From: Asterionella formosa | Taxonomy: Eukaryota | Assembly (NCBI GenBank): GCA_002256025.1 | Contig: NKIB01012822.1 | Location: 1-64,000, forward strand | Direction: 5' to 3' | DNA length: 64,000 bases | Shown: in pieces, positions 44,879 to 56,426 of the stretch | Numbering within the stretch: the first letter of the stretch is position 1 | Layout: each line of letters starts with the position of its first letter | Notes under the pieces: generated by a model | What the model saw: only the letters and a program-made list of their open reading frames with translations | What the model was told of the DNA's origin: nothing | Database searches by the model: none | Position numbers and translations under genes: made by a program

Positions 44879-45502
44879 TTAAGTTGAAGGAATACGAAAT
44901 GCGTTCAAGGTGTAACTTACGTATGTGTAGTACCCCACAATGCTGGTGATTTCGACCAATGCAGATTCGCTTCCATCAAGAGCTTTCTTGCATGCACCGT
45001 AGGTTTCATCAGAAACTGAGCATGTCTCAAGTAGTTCGGCGGTGTATATTGCAATGGCCCTCACGCGTTCAGTTTTAAGTAGGGGAAACAGTTGTGATTT
45101 AACCGCTGCCAAGCTGAAAGCTCCATCTCGAGGGATTGCCTCCACAAATTCCATCGTCCACCCCGACTTAAGGGCTTCGTCCACATGTATATCGAACTCG
45201 GCATGGCACCTCGTCTTGGCTCCGGTCAGGAGAATGATAAGTTCCGATTCTTGAAAGCTGAGCGATGTCCCGTAGCGACACGCTCTCCCCAAGGCTTGGG
45301 CTGGTTGTGCAATCTGAGGGACAGCCAGCCATGGTCCAAACGGCCCCGTGATTCCAGTTCGAGGTCGAGACCTAATGATGGCGTCTCGAATCTCCTTTTG
45401 TTCGTCTGTCATGTCTTTTACGAGCGGCCCAGTGTATCGCGCGATCAAGCTTCTGGAAGTATTCTCGTACTTTGTGTGTTTGATCGTCGGAGGTTCTGCC
45501 AT
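44879..45502 (-). CDS. Carboxymuconolactone decarboxylase (CMD/AhpD-like) family protein
   Basis: GPFGPWL..P.IA..AQALG...RYGTSL...ESELIIL.....C.AEF.IH...A and LVEIT.IVGYY. Confidence 0.82.
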   Translation of the reverse strand: MAEPPTIKHTKYENTSRSLIARYTGPLVKDMTDEQKEIRDAIIRSRPRTGITGPFGPWLAVPQIAQPAQALGRACRYGTSLSFQESELIILLTGAKTRCHAEFDIHVDEALKSGWTMEFVEAIPRDGAFSLAAVKSQLFPLLKTERVRAIAIYTAELLETCSVSDETYGACKKALDGSESALVEITSIVGYYTYVSYTLNAFRIPST

Positions 45503-46195
45503 TCTTCACATGCATGCTGAGCTTCTCGCAATAAGCAAACTAATAAGAGATGAATTTGAAGCTGGGCTTGTGCCAACTATGCTACCAGGAACCAGGTACA
45601 TCCTAATGCAGAGATGTTACTAATATCGACGAGAAAGCCAAATGAGGTATTCCTCATATAAAAATATGTACCAGTGATACATCAAAATACACTCCTGTAA
45701 ATCATTTGTTGCGAAACAAGTGTTGTGTTTGTGTGTTTGTGTTTGTGTTTGTGTGTCTGTGCTTACATTCTACATCAACATACTATGCACTGATTACCGG
45801 TATATCACATATATGCCGTATTCCGGTATACATAAAGTATGACGATACATAGGAACGAGGATTACCACCATCGGTCCTCTGGAGGACTATCTAACGACGT
45901 ACCACTCTATGTGCACCCAGTTTCGCACAGTAAATCCCGTACCGGTACTCCTTATCATGTCCTCCCATTTTCTCATATACCGGTACGGAAATCATAAACA
46001 CACAAAAGATTAGATTCAAAAAGTAATCATCCGAAAGAGCACATCGCTCCATCCCTGCATGTTTGTCGCTGCACTACATGTACATCATACATCCCGTTGA
46101 TATAGCAGGAACAAGAGACGCAACGCAGAGTCAAGTCGACAAGCCCTGTCGCGAATGCAACCAAGAGCATAGATAACCGGTGCGCACTGCCAACA

Positions 46196-47065
46196 ATGTC
46201 GCCGTTGATTGGCTATTCATCAAGGCATATTCGATCAAAGAAAGGTTGTAATGGAGTCGCAATTTTGTGCCATCGTTTGAAGAGAAGGAGCCGGTCATTC
46301 TACTCAACAAAAACATTAACGACGTCGATTCAAGAGGTTGCCATCGATTCGCCAAATGAAGACCTTACACCAATCTTGGAGCCGTTCTTCAACGAGAAGC
46401 AACCGGTTATTCTCCGCGGGGCCGTGGCTCATCTACCAGCCATGCAGCTTTGGAAATCATGGGATCACCTAGATCAAAATGTGGACAGGCATACATCCTG
46501 TGCCGTCGAAATAGGCGGGAGCTACACATCGTGTCATACATCAAATATATCTTTTGGTGACTTCATTGCCTACCTACGATTCTTTGAAGAGCGCCATGGA
46601 AGGTCGGGTACGACAAACCCACCTGCCAGTGATCTCGTTTATATGGCTCAGAATGAGATTCTTGATGGCCTACGACCCGACTTTGCTGTTCCTTCCTTCA
46701 CCCAGACTCTTGGACACGGTCATCTATATTCCGTAATGATGTGGGTTGGACCGTATGGATGCGTGTCGCCACTGCACTTTGACCCTCTGGACAATGCTCT
46801 AATGCAATTCGTTGGTGTCAAGCGCGCAATACTTTATCCGCCACAAACGCAGTTATATGCTGGTTTTGGTACACACCAGAAAAATACTTCGCCCCATAAT
46901 CCCGAAGAGCCGGTGGATTTGGTCAATTTTCCACTACTAGTAGATCTGCCTCCTGCAATTGAATGTCAGTTGAACCCAGGTGATATTCTTTATGTGCCTC
47001 AGAAGTGGTGGCACCATGTGAGGACTGTGGAGACTAGTATTAGCATCAATGCTTGGTGGCGCTAA
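46196..47065 (+). CDS. JmjC/cupin_8 2-oxoglutarate dioxygenase, JMJD5/KDM8-like
   Basis: VEIGGSY, YMAQ, WVGP.G.VSPLHFDP.DN...Q..G.K and L.PGD.LY.P..WWHHV. The H-x-D...H triad is intact. Confidence 0.9.
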   Translation: MSPLIGYSSRHIRSKKGCNGVAILCHRLKRRSRSFYSTKTLTTSIQEVAIDSPNEDLTPILEPFFNEKQPVILRGAVAHLPAMQLWKSWDHLDQNVDRHTSCAVEIGGSYTSCHTSNISFGDFIAYLRFFEERHGRSGTTNPPASDLVYMAQNEILDGLRPDFAVPSFTQTLGHGHLYSVMMWVGPYGCVSPLHFDPLDNALMQFVGVKRAILYPPQTQLYAGFGTHQKNTSPHNPEEPVDLVNFPLLVDLPPAIECQLNPGDILYVPQKWWHHVRTVETSISINAWWR

Positions 47066-48536
47066 TGTCAGAGTGTCCTTTGCATAATCCAAGTGGATGA
47101 AAGTAAGTACTGGTAGAGAGACCGATCTGGTATCTAAAAGAAACCCTGTGACAACACCATCAATAGGAAGGGAGAGGATCTGGTCCAGTATATTCTGGGC
47201 ATTTCCTTGGGCGCCATGAATACCACAAATGCCCATACACTATTGTTTGAAGCGAATATTTTTACTCCATGTACGTACCGGTACCCTTGTGAAGGAATGA
47301 CCCATCAACTCGAAAAGTTGAAGGGAATTTTCATAGGAGGTCTTGTACCAGATACCAAGCTCCAAAGTACCGGTACTGGTACTACCGGTATCTTAATACC
47401 GGGTAATAAATAGCCTGTTGCTAGGTACTCTGGACTCCGGAGTACATGATCATAGGTACAAATATCTCTGCCTGGTACGACTAAATTTCCTACAAGCTAT
47501 TACCAGTGTCATGTAATAGGATGCCAGGAGTTGTCAGAAATCTGCAATTCTTGACAGCCAGAACTTGAGGTTCCCTTTTGGTAGCTGCGAGGATGAAGCC
47601 TCAGTACATACTCCGAGTACAGTACCAGGTACAAGCAAGCAGGTCCGAAGGCTACTGGTACCAACCAAGGTACCTTTCATGTAATTCTTTTCTCCTTTTC
47701 TTTATAATGACAGGAGGTTGTTGCAAGAGTACATACTACCTAGGTACCGGCACATAGTATGAATGAAATTGGGAATCTCACTGCCCCATGTACTACTGGG
47801 CCGGTGGAAGTAGTACCTAGTACGCACGCACTGTTAAGCAGAACTGATGTGCTCCGGAGATACGGTATTTGATGCACACCGTACATAGCTATAAATAAAG
47901 CTCCTTACTCAAAGCACCCCCCGCATGTGCATGATACGTTCACAGCGTTGTTGGTTGGTTTACCGGTATTTGGCTTTGTTGTTATTTTAGTTGTGGAGCA
48001 AAACGACATGGGTGTCAAGAACAAAATTGAAGGAGGCAGAACCACAATGAACCTCGACTCATGCTTGTATGTAAGAATGTACCAGGTACGACTGACAACT
48101 GTGTTCTCGTCTACCAGTAAATCCTTCGCATTTTCTCTCATGCTTAGCTGTACAGTCTTCCTTCACAGTATGTAGGAGTATACCCGGAAAGAACCCAATA
48201 ATGATACAATCTCCACTCATGGTTCACCTGCATTATCAGTCTACTCAGGTTTGTAGGCGTAAAACTCCCTGACTTTTTCGGAGTATGTGTAAATTTGACG
48301 TGCTGAGAGCTGACACGAACAAGACTAACCACAATCACAAGCGATCACAACTGCAGCCAATCATAATCGTCCCAAGCACAAAGAAATCACCACAGCAGCA
48401 TGCACCAATCATGACTGACCACGGCGTACCGGTACCCAACTATGTAGTACGGAGTACCACTTGGTAATTTATTCGTTCTTAAGTTAATCTACCGGGTATA
48501 TGATACCGGTACCCTATGCACTACACGCTCTGCACT

Positions 48537-48604
48537 TTTGACACCGCAACCTCAAATTTGACACGAAACACTCACATTTGACACGAAACGAAATCTGAGG
48601 TTGC
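48537..48604. promoter_or_regulatory. Nested inverted/direct repeat with three TTTGACAC motifs upstream of the 48659 ORF
   Basis: GCAACCTCAAATTT (48546-48559) and AAATCTGAGGTTGC (48591-48604) are inverted arms. ATTTGACACGAAAC occurs at 48556 and 48576, and TTTGACAC also at 48537. Confidence 0.5.
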
Positions 48605-48658
48605 AAAGCACATGAATACTTTTCAAACCGATTCACTCACACATAAAATCCATCCATC

Positions 48659-49339
48659 ATGACCTTTGTTACTATTTCTATTACGCCATTGAAGCCTCTC
48701 GTTCACAAGCGATCCTTGGCTCCTCGAAAGTTGTCATCGGCGTCGAATAATCGAATCGCTTTCGCTTCAACAGTTGATCGATTTCCTGTCACACCACCAA
48801 GCTCTTTGTCTCCTACGGCGAGGCAAAGTGATTATTCTCCCAACGTTCCAGAGCTGACTGATGACATGTTTTTCCTTGCGACTCCTGCAGAGCTCGTGAG
48901 CGGTAACAAGACTCCATGCGTGCCATCCTTTCAACTTCGCCCTCGCAATCTTCAAAGAGAATTAGAAACCGAAAGGTTGAGTACGACGATTTCGGCTCCT
49001 TCCTCTCCAACAGAAAGCCATTGTGAGGCTCGGAGTTATATGCTTCATCGAGAACCACAATTTCCCTTTCAATTACCCATGAGACGAAATCACAGTGCTA
49101 TTAATCCATTCGCAAATTCTGCTCCTGAGTTATCAATGCATGATGACTTTCGGCTGTCATCACATTTTGCCATGGTATGTTCTACTTCAAGAATATCAAC
49201 CAATGATGTTTTGTCAACGCCATGCCAGTCAACTTTGTCCGAGTACTCGCTGGAACCAACTCATGTTTCTCCTCGTCCAGACCAGTTCCTCCCTCTTGAT
49301 GATGTCCCAGTGTCCTTGTTGTTACCTTCCTTTTTATAA
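48659..49339 (+). CDS. Ser/Pro-rich hypothetical protein
   Basis: Intact 226-aa ATG ORF, low complexity, no recognisable domain. Confidence 0.6.
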   Translation: MTFVTISITPLKPLVHKRSLAPRKLSSASNNRIAFASTVDRFPVTPPSSLSPTARQSDYSPNVPELTDDMFFLATPAELVSGNKTPCVPSFQLRPRNLQRELETERLSTTISAPSSPTESHCEARSYMLHREPQFPFQLPMRRNHSAINPFANSAPELSMHDDFRLSSHFAMVCSTSRISTNDVLSTPCQSTLSEYSLEPTHVSPRPDQFLPLDDVPVSLLLPSFL

Positions 49340-49709
49340 TTTTTTTGAGATCGTCTTGTTGTTCGACAAGTAACTATCTCTTTTTGTACATTGAAATACT
49401 AATCTAGTTGTTATACTTTTGTTAATTCTATGCTGTACACTCGTTACAGTCATTTGTCTAGTCAACCTCGAGATATATCATACAGAAGGAATTATAGATA
49501 ATTGTAGATACAATGCTGAAGACAGATCCTATGTATGGTTCTGGTCTCCACACTCAGATGACATACAATTCTACTGATACTTATTTACAGAATGATAATT
49601 AGTCCGTCACAAAACGTGAGGACGAAACAAAAGCCTTTACAAAGAAAAATAAGTTAAGGGTACCTGGTTCCATTCGAATTATAGTCCATATATGGTTTAA
49701 ACGAACGAA

Positions 49710-51515
49710 CTACCTCAGGTCAACCGGAAGTCCCATCTTTTCGAGCCTGTCTTCTAGGGCCGTCCGCTGCTTCATGCCGTACTTGCGCTCGTCTCCAGGC
49801 AGTACCCGTCCCAAAGTTGATCCTTCGGCACGCTCCAGATCTCCAGTATCCAATCCTTGTTGAAGGAGCTGCTTTTCCAAGGCAGCAATGGTCCTTTTTA
49901 ACAATCTCTTTTCATTTCGTCGGTGACGAACCGCCATTCGTTGGTTGTATGACAAAAGTCGGAACAGTGACTTGTCCTTGATCAGTTCCGCATCCTCTTC
50001 TTCCGTATTTGGGTAGTTTTTCAGTTGACGGGAGACGGCTTCAATCACAGAATTCAAGACGGCGGCTTCGTTTCCAGCAGAAATTGTTCGACTGTAATCA
50101 AACTGTGACAAGGGCTTGCCACGAGTATCTTCAGGCGTCATTTGCATGAGTCTAAGGTATTCCAACAATTCCACAGGATAACGATCTGCATAACAAGGAA
50201 AGTCCACCATTTTGTCGCGTCCAGAGTTTTCCAAGAATGCAATCTTCTCTTCAGCAAGTGGATCAACAGGTACATCCGTGTCAGCAATTTCCTTGACAAA
50301 AGATTCCGTTCTAGGTGCAATGGCAACTGTCACATCTACAGAATTGAAAGGGTTTCGTTCCACAGCAAACCCGTACAGCAACAATAGGTCAGCATTCGAC
50401 TTTGGTCCGTATGAAATATAAACTTGTTCCATACGTCGGTATGATCGATCTGCGTAAAGAATGACTTCTTCGTCTCCTGTTTTGAACAACCAGTCTCCCG
50501 ATTCGCGTGCATCGATGTAAGCTTGAGAAAAGGGCGAATGATTGATCAGGTCAGCATATGGAACCATGGCAAGGGTTTCACCTTGACGTAGGTTTCGAAG
50601 ACGAATTGCACGCGAAAACAGCATCGTGAATGCCCATGTCCAGTTTTCTCGAGAAAAAACCTGTAACGCAAACAAAACGGGATTAGAAAAACACATGGCC
50701 ATCTTCAAGCCAATCCCTTCGTCCGCCGCACCTACCTCTGCGGGAAATCTCTCTGGGAACTTAGCAATCAATCCCGTCGGTCCACCAAGCAAGGCTTCAT
50801 ACTCACGCGCAAGCTTCATTTGAAGACTACGTGTCGCTGCAATAACCGGAGAACCTTCCAAGAATTTCAAGTCTTCGTCACTCCACGTAAAAGTCGGGTT
50901 GACTTCATCTATTTCTGGCAGCACTCCTACATATGCCTTCCAGTCCGATTTGTCTCCCATTAAGTACTTTTCATGAATCAGCTGACACGCAATGGCCAGA
51001 TATTCGTTAATCTCGGCAGGCAGGGCATCCTTGCCAATCGCCTTGCGAGCCGACCTTTTCGTAAAGCACATGGACATTGGAATCTTCAGTAGCTCGTCTC
51101 CATCACTGACATCGCGTCGAGCCAAGAGTCCCCGACCAGAGGATTCGTTGGTAATTTCATCCCTCGTTTCCGTCGAAATGGCCATGGGATGAGGCGCTTC
51201 TCCCCATGCGGACATTTCGCTCAAATACACCTCGCCATTCTCTTCCAGCCACTTGACCAGCTGAGCGTTGGCGGAAAGCTTCGGGTTGTCGACTCCGCCC
51301 TTCTTGAGGAGTCCCTTCATTTTCATTTCGGCTTCAAAGTCGCCGGGCAAAGCGCCGTTGGCATCATCTAGGGCCTTTAACCATTCGGATTCGCCGCCTT
51401 CTGCTCGAAGAAACGAGGAATATCTGGCGATTCTGCAGCTGCGCGCCGGAGCGGAAAAGGCCGAAGCTGTGGAAAGCAACAAGACGATTGGGAGGACTCT
51501 GGATTCAACTCTCAT
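49710..51515 (-). CDS. Plastid-targeted SET-domain protein, Rubisco LSMT-like; in-frame intron 50661-50735
   Basis: Signal peptide with ASAF motif, GRGLLARR, MVPYADLINHS, QVYISYGPKSNADLLLLYGF, and a C-terminal substrate-binding helical domain. Confidence 0.92.
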   Translation of the reverse strand: MRVESRVLPIVLLLSTASAFSAPARSCRIARYSSFLRAEGGESEWLKALDDANGALPGDFEAEMKMKGLLKKGGVDNPKLSANAQLVKWLEENGEVYLSEMSAWGEAPHPMAISTETRDEITNESSGRGLLARRDVSDGDELLKIPMSMCFTKRSARKAIGKDALPAEINEYLAIACQLIHEKYLMGDKSDWKAYVGVLPEIDEVNPTFTWSDEDLKFLEGSPVIAATRSLQMKLAREYEALLGGPTGLIAKFPERFPAEVGAADEGIGLKMAMCFSNPVLFALQVFSRENWTWAFTMLFSRAIRLRNLRQGETLAMVPYADLINHSPFSQAYIDARESGDWLFKTGDEEVILYADRSYRRMEQVYISYGPKSNADLLLLYGFAVERNPFNSVDVTVAIAPRTESFVKEIADTDVPVDPLAEEKIAFLENSGRDKMVDFPCYADRYPVELLEYLRLMQMTPEDTRGKPLSQFDYSRTISAGNEAAVLNSVIEAVSRQLKNYPNTEEEDAELIKDKSLFRLLSYNQRMAVRHRRNEKRLLKRTIAALEKQLLQQGLDTGDLERAEGSTLGRVLPGDERKYGMKQRTALEDRLEKMGLPVDLR

Positions 51516-51543
51516 CGTTCAGCGTCGTCAGGTCAGGTTAGGT

Positions 51544-51591
51544 CAGGACAGGACAGGACAGGACAGGACAGGACAGGACAGGACAGGACAG
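51544..51591. repeat. (CAGGA)n pentanucleotide microsatellite just upstream of the LSMT-like start codon
   Basis: About 9 perfect units, directly visible. Confidence 0.92.
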
Positions 51592-52100
51592 TGGGACATA
51601 GATGTATGTAGGGTATGTGGAGGCGAGACGATGGAACAAGCATCAAGCAAGCGATGATGATTGAGACGCTTCGAAACCACCTGGCTCGATCATTCAACCG
51701 TACTGTTCGGTATCTGAATACCGGCACCTGGTACCAGTACTGTCGTCATATATTTATAAACCTACTTACCGGTATGTATTGTGTAATGTTGCTTAGACAG
51801 ATACTATACACTGGTGCCTGGTACCTGGTACCTGGTACCGGTACCAGGCAAGTTGCGGAAAAGCAATGAGAAATACAGCTATGTTTTCATGATAGTAAAA
51901 ACCGTCTTTTACCGCAACTCCGTACAGGACCTACATACATCATATCCTCATTATTGCTTCTTTCTGCCTGTACATCACCATACTTCGCGACGGTTCTGTT
52001 AGGCTACAAAAGTCAGTCCCCCTTGGTGGTGGCATGTGCTGGCTATTCTCAAATATTCCATTCGAATGATCCCAAACAAGCATTGGATTGAAGCCCCAAG

Positions 52101-53021
52101 ATGAAAGACATTGATCACATTCCGACGCTGACGGATGAAGAAAAGGATGATCTCTCCATCCAAGCGCACGATCAAGCAAAGGATGCAGTGGATGTGCTTG
52201 AATCTCCTGATGAACAGGACCACCATTCGGAAGAACTTTTTGCCGACACGTTTTCTGTGGGTGATCATGTCTACAAGTGGTACTCATTCGCTGGTATTCC
52301 CTACATGTCTCAACACCACGGGATTATTTGGGAAATGGACGAGAACACTTTGACTATTGCTGACTTTCACAACATGATTCGCAGAAATGAGGAGTACCCC
52401 AAATTCCTGGTGGTCTCACGTGGAAATTTACGACTGACAGGGGACGAATCGGCCAAGAAATGGAATAAGGTGGAATATGATGCTTCATTATGGAAACGAT
52501 CCCTGTGGAGATCAGGAACATGCACAGCTGCCAAGGCAGATCCGCCAGGATTAGTCATGGCTAGAGTACAATTTTTGATGGACATTGCAGACAAACTTCC
52601 CAACTTTCATTTTCTCAAGGCTAATTGTGAATGTGTAGCTGTATGGTGCAAAACAGGAACGTGGGCAACGCTTCAAGCTTCCTCCTTGCTGCATGCCGCT
52701 GCGGCTGGACAAGTGAAATCTGCGACAACATTGGCCCTCTTCGCGTCGTCACAAACAGTCGCTGTCCCATCCGCTGGGATATGGGGATGGTTGGGTTATA
52801 CAACCAAAGTATCCTTAATGGCTACACAACCATGGATTTTGCCAGCCCTTGCCGGATACGGGGTGGTGACAGTGGGTGGGCCAGTTTGGATTTTGGCTAG
52901 AGCCAAATCGTTTTGGAGCACTACGACAACAAGATTAAATAAGGAGTTCTGGGAATCGGCAATTGATCGGCCCGAGTTGTTTGCGGAATGCATCACTGAA
53001 TGGAGTCAGATAGAGACTTGA
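52101..53021 (+). CDS. LRAT/NC-domain (permuted NlpC/P60) protein
   Basis: GDHVY.W......QHHGI and F.FL..NCECVAVWCKTG, with a hydrophobic C-terminal region. Confidence 0.85.
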   Translation: MKDIDHIPTLTDEEKDDLSIQAHDQAKDAVDVLESPDEQDHHSEELFADTFSVGDHVYKWYSFAGIPYMSQHHGIIWEMDENTLTIADFHNMIRRNEEYPKFLVVSRGNLRLTGDESAKKWNKVEYDASLWKRSLWRSGTCTAAKADPPGLVMARVQFLMDIADKLPNFHFLKANCECVAVWCKTGTWATLQASSLLHAAAAGQVKSATTLALFASSQTVAVPSAGIWGWLGYTTKVSLMATQPWILPALAGYGVVTVGGPVWILARAKSFWSTTTTRLNKEFWESAIDRPELFAECITEWSQIET

Positions 53022-53452
53022 AAATATTAGCTAAAAGTTGTGGCTGAAATCAGCGGTATCACTCCCTAGGCGAGCCGAACGTTTTATCGGCTTGATGGAG
53101 AACAAGAAATCGCACAACTTGACCACGATTAGGATTTGCTATTTCATTCATCGGCATGTATTGAATCGAGGTCAGGCATCTGATTGAAATTCTGTGATCA
53201 ATTTCAAGTAAAGTCGAAAAATAGTAAGACGAGGTTGTATACACGTTGCTATTTACGAATCTTGACATATTGTATCACTGATGCTGCTAAGGAAAGTTGA
53301 TTCGAGCTAGTAAACCTGTTGTTGATGAGTACCGACTGTTAACTTCTTGCCCTATACCAGTATTCTTCTCTAATCAGAGGCACCTAAAAGTTGTGGAAGA
53401 AAATTTTTGTTAGTGGTTATTGGACATGCACACTGGTTGTCATTGCTCAAAA

Positions 53453-55652
53453 TTATTCTTCAGAGTCTCCAGCCAAACCCAAATCCTTCAAGATCGTAAA
53501 ACACCGCTCGCCTAAATCGTCAATGGCGGCATACTTGGCTGCGAGAATCCTTTCTTCAGCACGGCTCCGTGGCATCTTAGGTACACGCATAATGGCGGGA
53601 CCACTTGGGACAAGAGCAAGGTTGGCTTCTGAAGCGAAACGAGCTGCCATTAGTGCTCTGGCAGTCATCTCGTCCTTTTTAGAGTCAGAGTGAACCTTGA
53701 CCTTCTCAGAAGGTCGAGTCAATGCAGGTGCGACGACTGCTTCTACCTGCAGCGCCGCTTCCGCCTTTTGAACCATCTCTGCAAGTGCCCTGGCTTTCTC
53801 CGCAATTTGAGCTGCCTCTACACGAAAGTTGGCTGTCACAGCGTTTTGAGTGTCAAAAGCAAGCGATTTGGCCAGTTCAACCTTTCGATTTGACTCTGGA
53901 ATCGTCGCTCTAACCACCATTGGTTCGGCCTTCATACCCATTGCAATAGCCTTAACCTCCTTTTCCCTTAGCTTCCTATCAAGGACTGTTAACATCTTAC
54001 CTCCAGTTTCTGCTGCTAATTTAAGTTCGCGCTCCAAAGACTCTTCAGCAAGTTTCTCCATCAGTTCTTCATCAAAGCTCTCAGTGGCATATTTGACCTC
54101 CAATTTGGCATGCTCGGCCAAGAAATCGAAGACGATCGACCGAAGAATAGTAGTTTCGACTTTTCCGCGGATCATGGCTTCATCGATTTCCTCTCCTTTT
54201 GCATCTTTCTTAATGGCTTCAATCTGTTCTTCAATCTGGTAGTCAGGAACCTCAAGTCCTTCAATACGAGCAATCTCATCAGTGGCCATGGACACCTTGA
54301 AGTCCCTGACAATATCGTCCTTGACAATCTTCTTGTACTTCAAAAAATTCTCAGGTTTGATCTGTTTCTTGATTTCCTCATCGGGGAGACCATTATCACG
54401 CATTTCCGTCATCATCATGGCAAACTTTTCACGAGCTTGGTTTGTTACGAGAGTATCAGGAACTTCAACGTCCATAACTTTCGCCAAAGCAGCAGATAGG
54501 GCAGCATTGCGAGCACCAACATATTCCTTGGAATCTTCCGAGTCCACAGCTTTTCTAAGTTCGAGCGCGAGAGTTTCTGCAGTGAGACCAGGGCGGACCA
54601 TGTTGGCAAATTCGTCCGTTACATCAGGAAGACTGCGGTGGGAGGCCTCTAGGATATCAACGTCAAAGATAGCCTTTCTGCCAGCAAGGGACTTGTCGCG
54701 AAGTATCTAGTTCAAATAATTGTTAGCACATCGCTTGAATGCAGATCATTGACAAATTACAGTGGCAAATGATTCTTACCATGGGGAACTCCACAGTCAC
54801 AACACGAGATTCTCCAACCTTGGCACCGACAAGACCTTCTACTAAACCCACCATGTAGCGTCCAGTGCCCAGTACAATTTCCACATTGTCTCCAGATGCT
54901 GCATTGGGAAGAGGATCTCCCTTGCTACCATCATCTTTCGCCATGTATCCAACCATGTTGACACGACAGGCATCACCTATAGCCAAGATGCTACCTTCGG
55001 CGGCAGGCTGCAAGGTAGCATAACGTTCTCTTAAATCATTCATGGCCTTATCCATTTTCTCTTGGTTGAATGGCTTGCGTGAGTAAGATCCCGTTAAACC
55101 GTAGTATGGCTTGCCGCCGTTGTCTTCAGCCCACTGGATTTCTGGCCATACGTCGCACTTGACTAGGAGTTCGACGTCTTCCCCTGGACTAAAGGTTGCA
55201 GCAAGGTCTTCTACGGGAACAACAAGAGAAGGCTGCCCAATTGGCTCTAGACCATGTTCGTCCTTTAAGGCAGGCCCGATCAACTGCCCCAAAAGCGAAT
55301 TAATAGCTTCCACTCTAAGGGCATACCTGCCTCCCTCCTTGCTTGACATGCACTGCTCCAAAACTTGCGGCGGAATCCGGGCCCCTTTACGAAAGCCCGG
55401 AACGACGAGTGTCTTGGAAAGCTCAAAACACGCCTTGTCATAGGCAGCTTGGGTGGCCTTGCCAGGGATCTTGAGAGAAATCTCTACGGCAGAGTCAGGG
55501 AGCCGACTCAAGGTTGAGGATCCCTCTGCCGCAACCCAGAGTTGCACGGCATGACGTGCAAAGGCTGGATGGCTAGGGCTAAAGGCGACGGCGCTGTTGG
55601 ACGCGGCGAGGGCAACAACGAACGCAAGCGCGAAATTGGATATACGGACCAT
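53453..55652 (-). CDS. tig: Plastid trigger factor with C-terminal extension; intron 54707-54779
   Basis: Signal peptide with AVAF motif, ribosome-binding signature VPGFRKGARIP, FKBP-like domain (G.GRYM.GLVEGLVGAKVGE...V.V.FP|..L...LAGRKA.FDV) and a helical C-domain. Confidence 0.9.
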
Positions 55653-55983
55653 TTCTTCTTTCTTGAGAAGTGATGGATGTGACGGTAGTTACTATTGATG
55701 AGGATAGGACAGGGCGATAACAATAGCGAGAAGTAGACTTGTCTGTCTACTCAAGCAATGGAGATCTGTTCGAGTTTGTTGATGGCAAAGTGATCTGAAG
55801 ACAACACCTCTATTACATATGTCATATCATGACCCTCGCTTTGATGTTTCCTTACAAATAAAACAGATGGACGGACGCGGGCTGTATTCACATCCTAACA
55901 TCATGCGTCACTCCCCGCCTCCTCCAGTGGTTACTCTACCAGTATAGCTGTATGGAGTTGTACAGTAAGTACACAACGAGACA

Positions 55984-56270
55984 GTACCTGGTACCTGGTA
56001 CCCTGGTGCTGTACCAGGTACGTGTATGGTACTGGTACTAGGGAGTGAGCGATGGCAGCAGAGTTCAGGCCAGCCGCCCTACATACCAGGTACCGGCATA
56101 CAACTCCCCATGTACAGTGTAGTAACCATGACTATGTATCTATGTATTGATATACCGGTACCTGGTACCAGGTACCAGGTACACATTATCATAAGGTACG
56201 TATCGCCAGTTATCATGAGGGGTGGTCGTAATAAAATACATTTGTACAGGACTAACCTGGTACTGGAGTA
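55984..56270. promoter_or_regulatory. GGTACC/TACCGGTA motif cluster in the divergent tig/nitroreductase intergenic region
   Basis: For example TACCGGTACCTGGTACCAGGTACCAGGTAC at 56153-56182. Role is inferred from position. Confidence 0.45.
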
Positions 56271-56426
56271 CCACAGAACAACTGACCTTCCGGTTCATGG
56301 CCGAATGAAGCAATTCTGAGGATTCATCCTGGATGATGGTGTAGTAGGAGAACATACTGGTACATATTATTACATAATCGTAGAGTGGAGGATCGTATTC
56401 ATTCCATTGCCACAAATGATATCACC

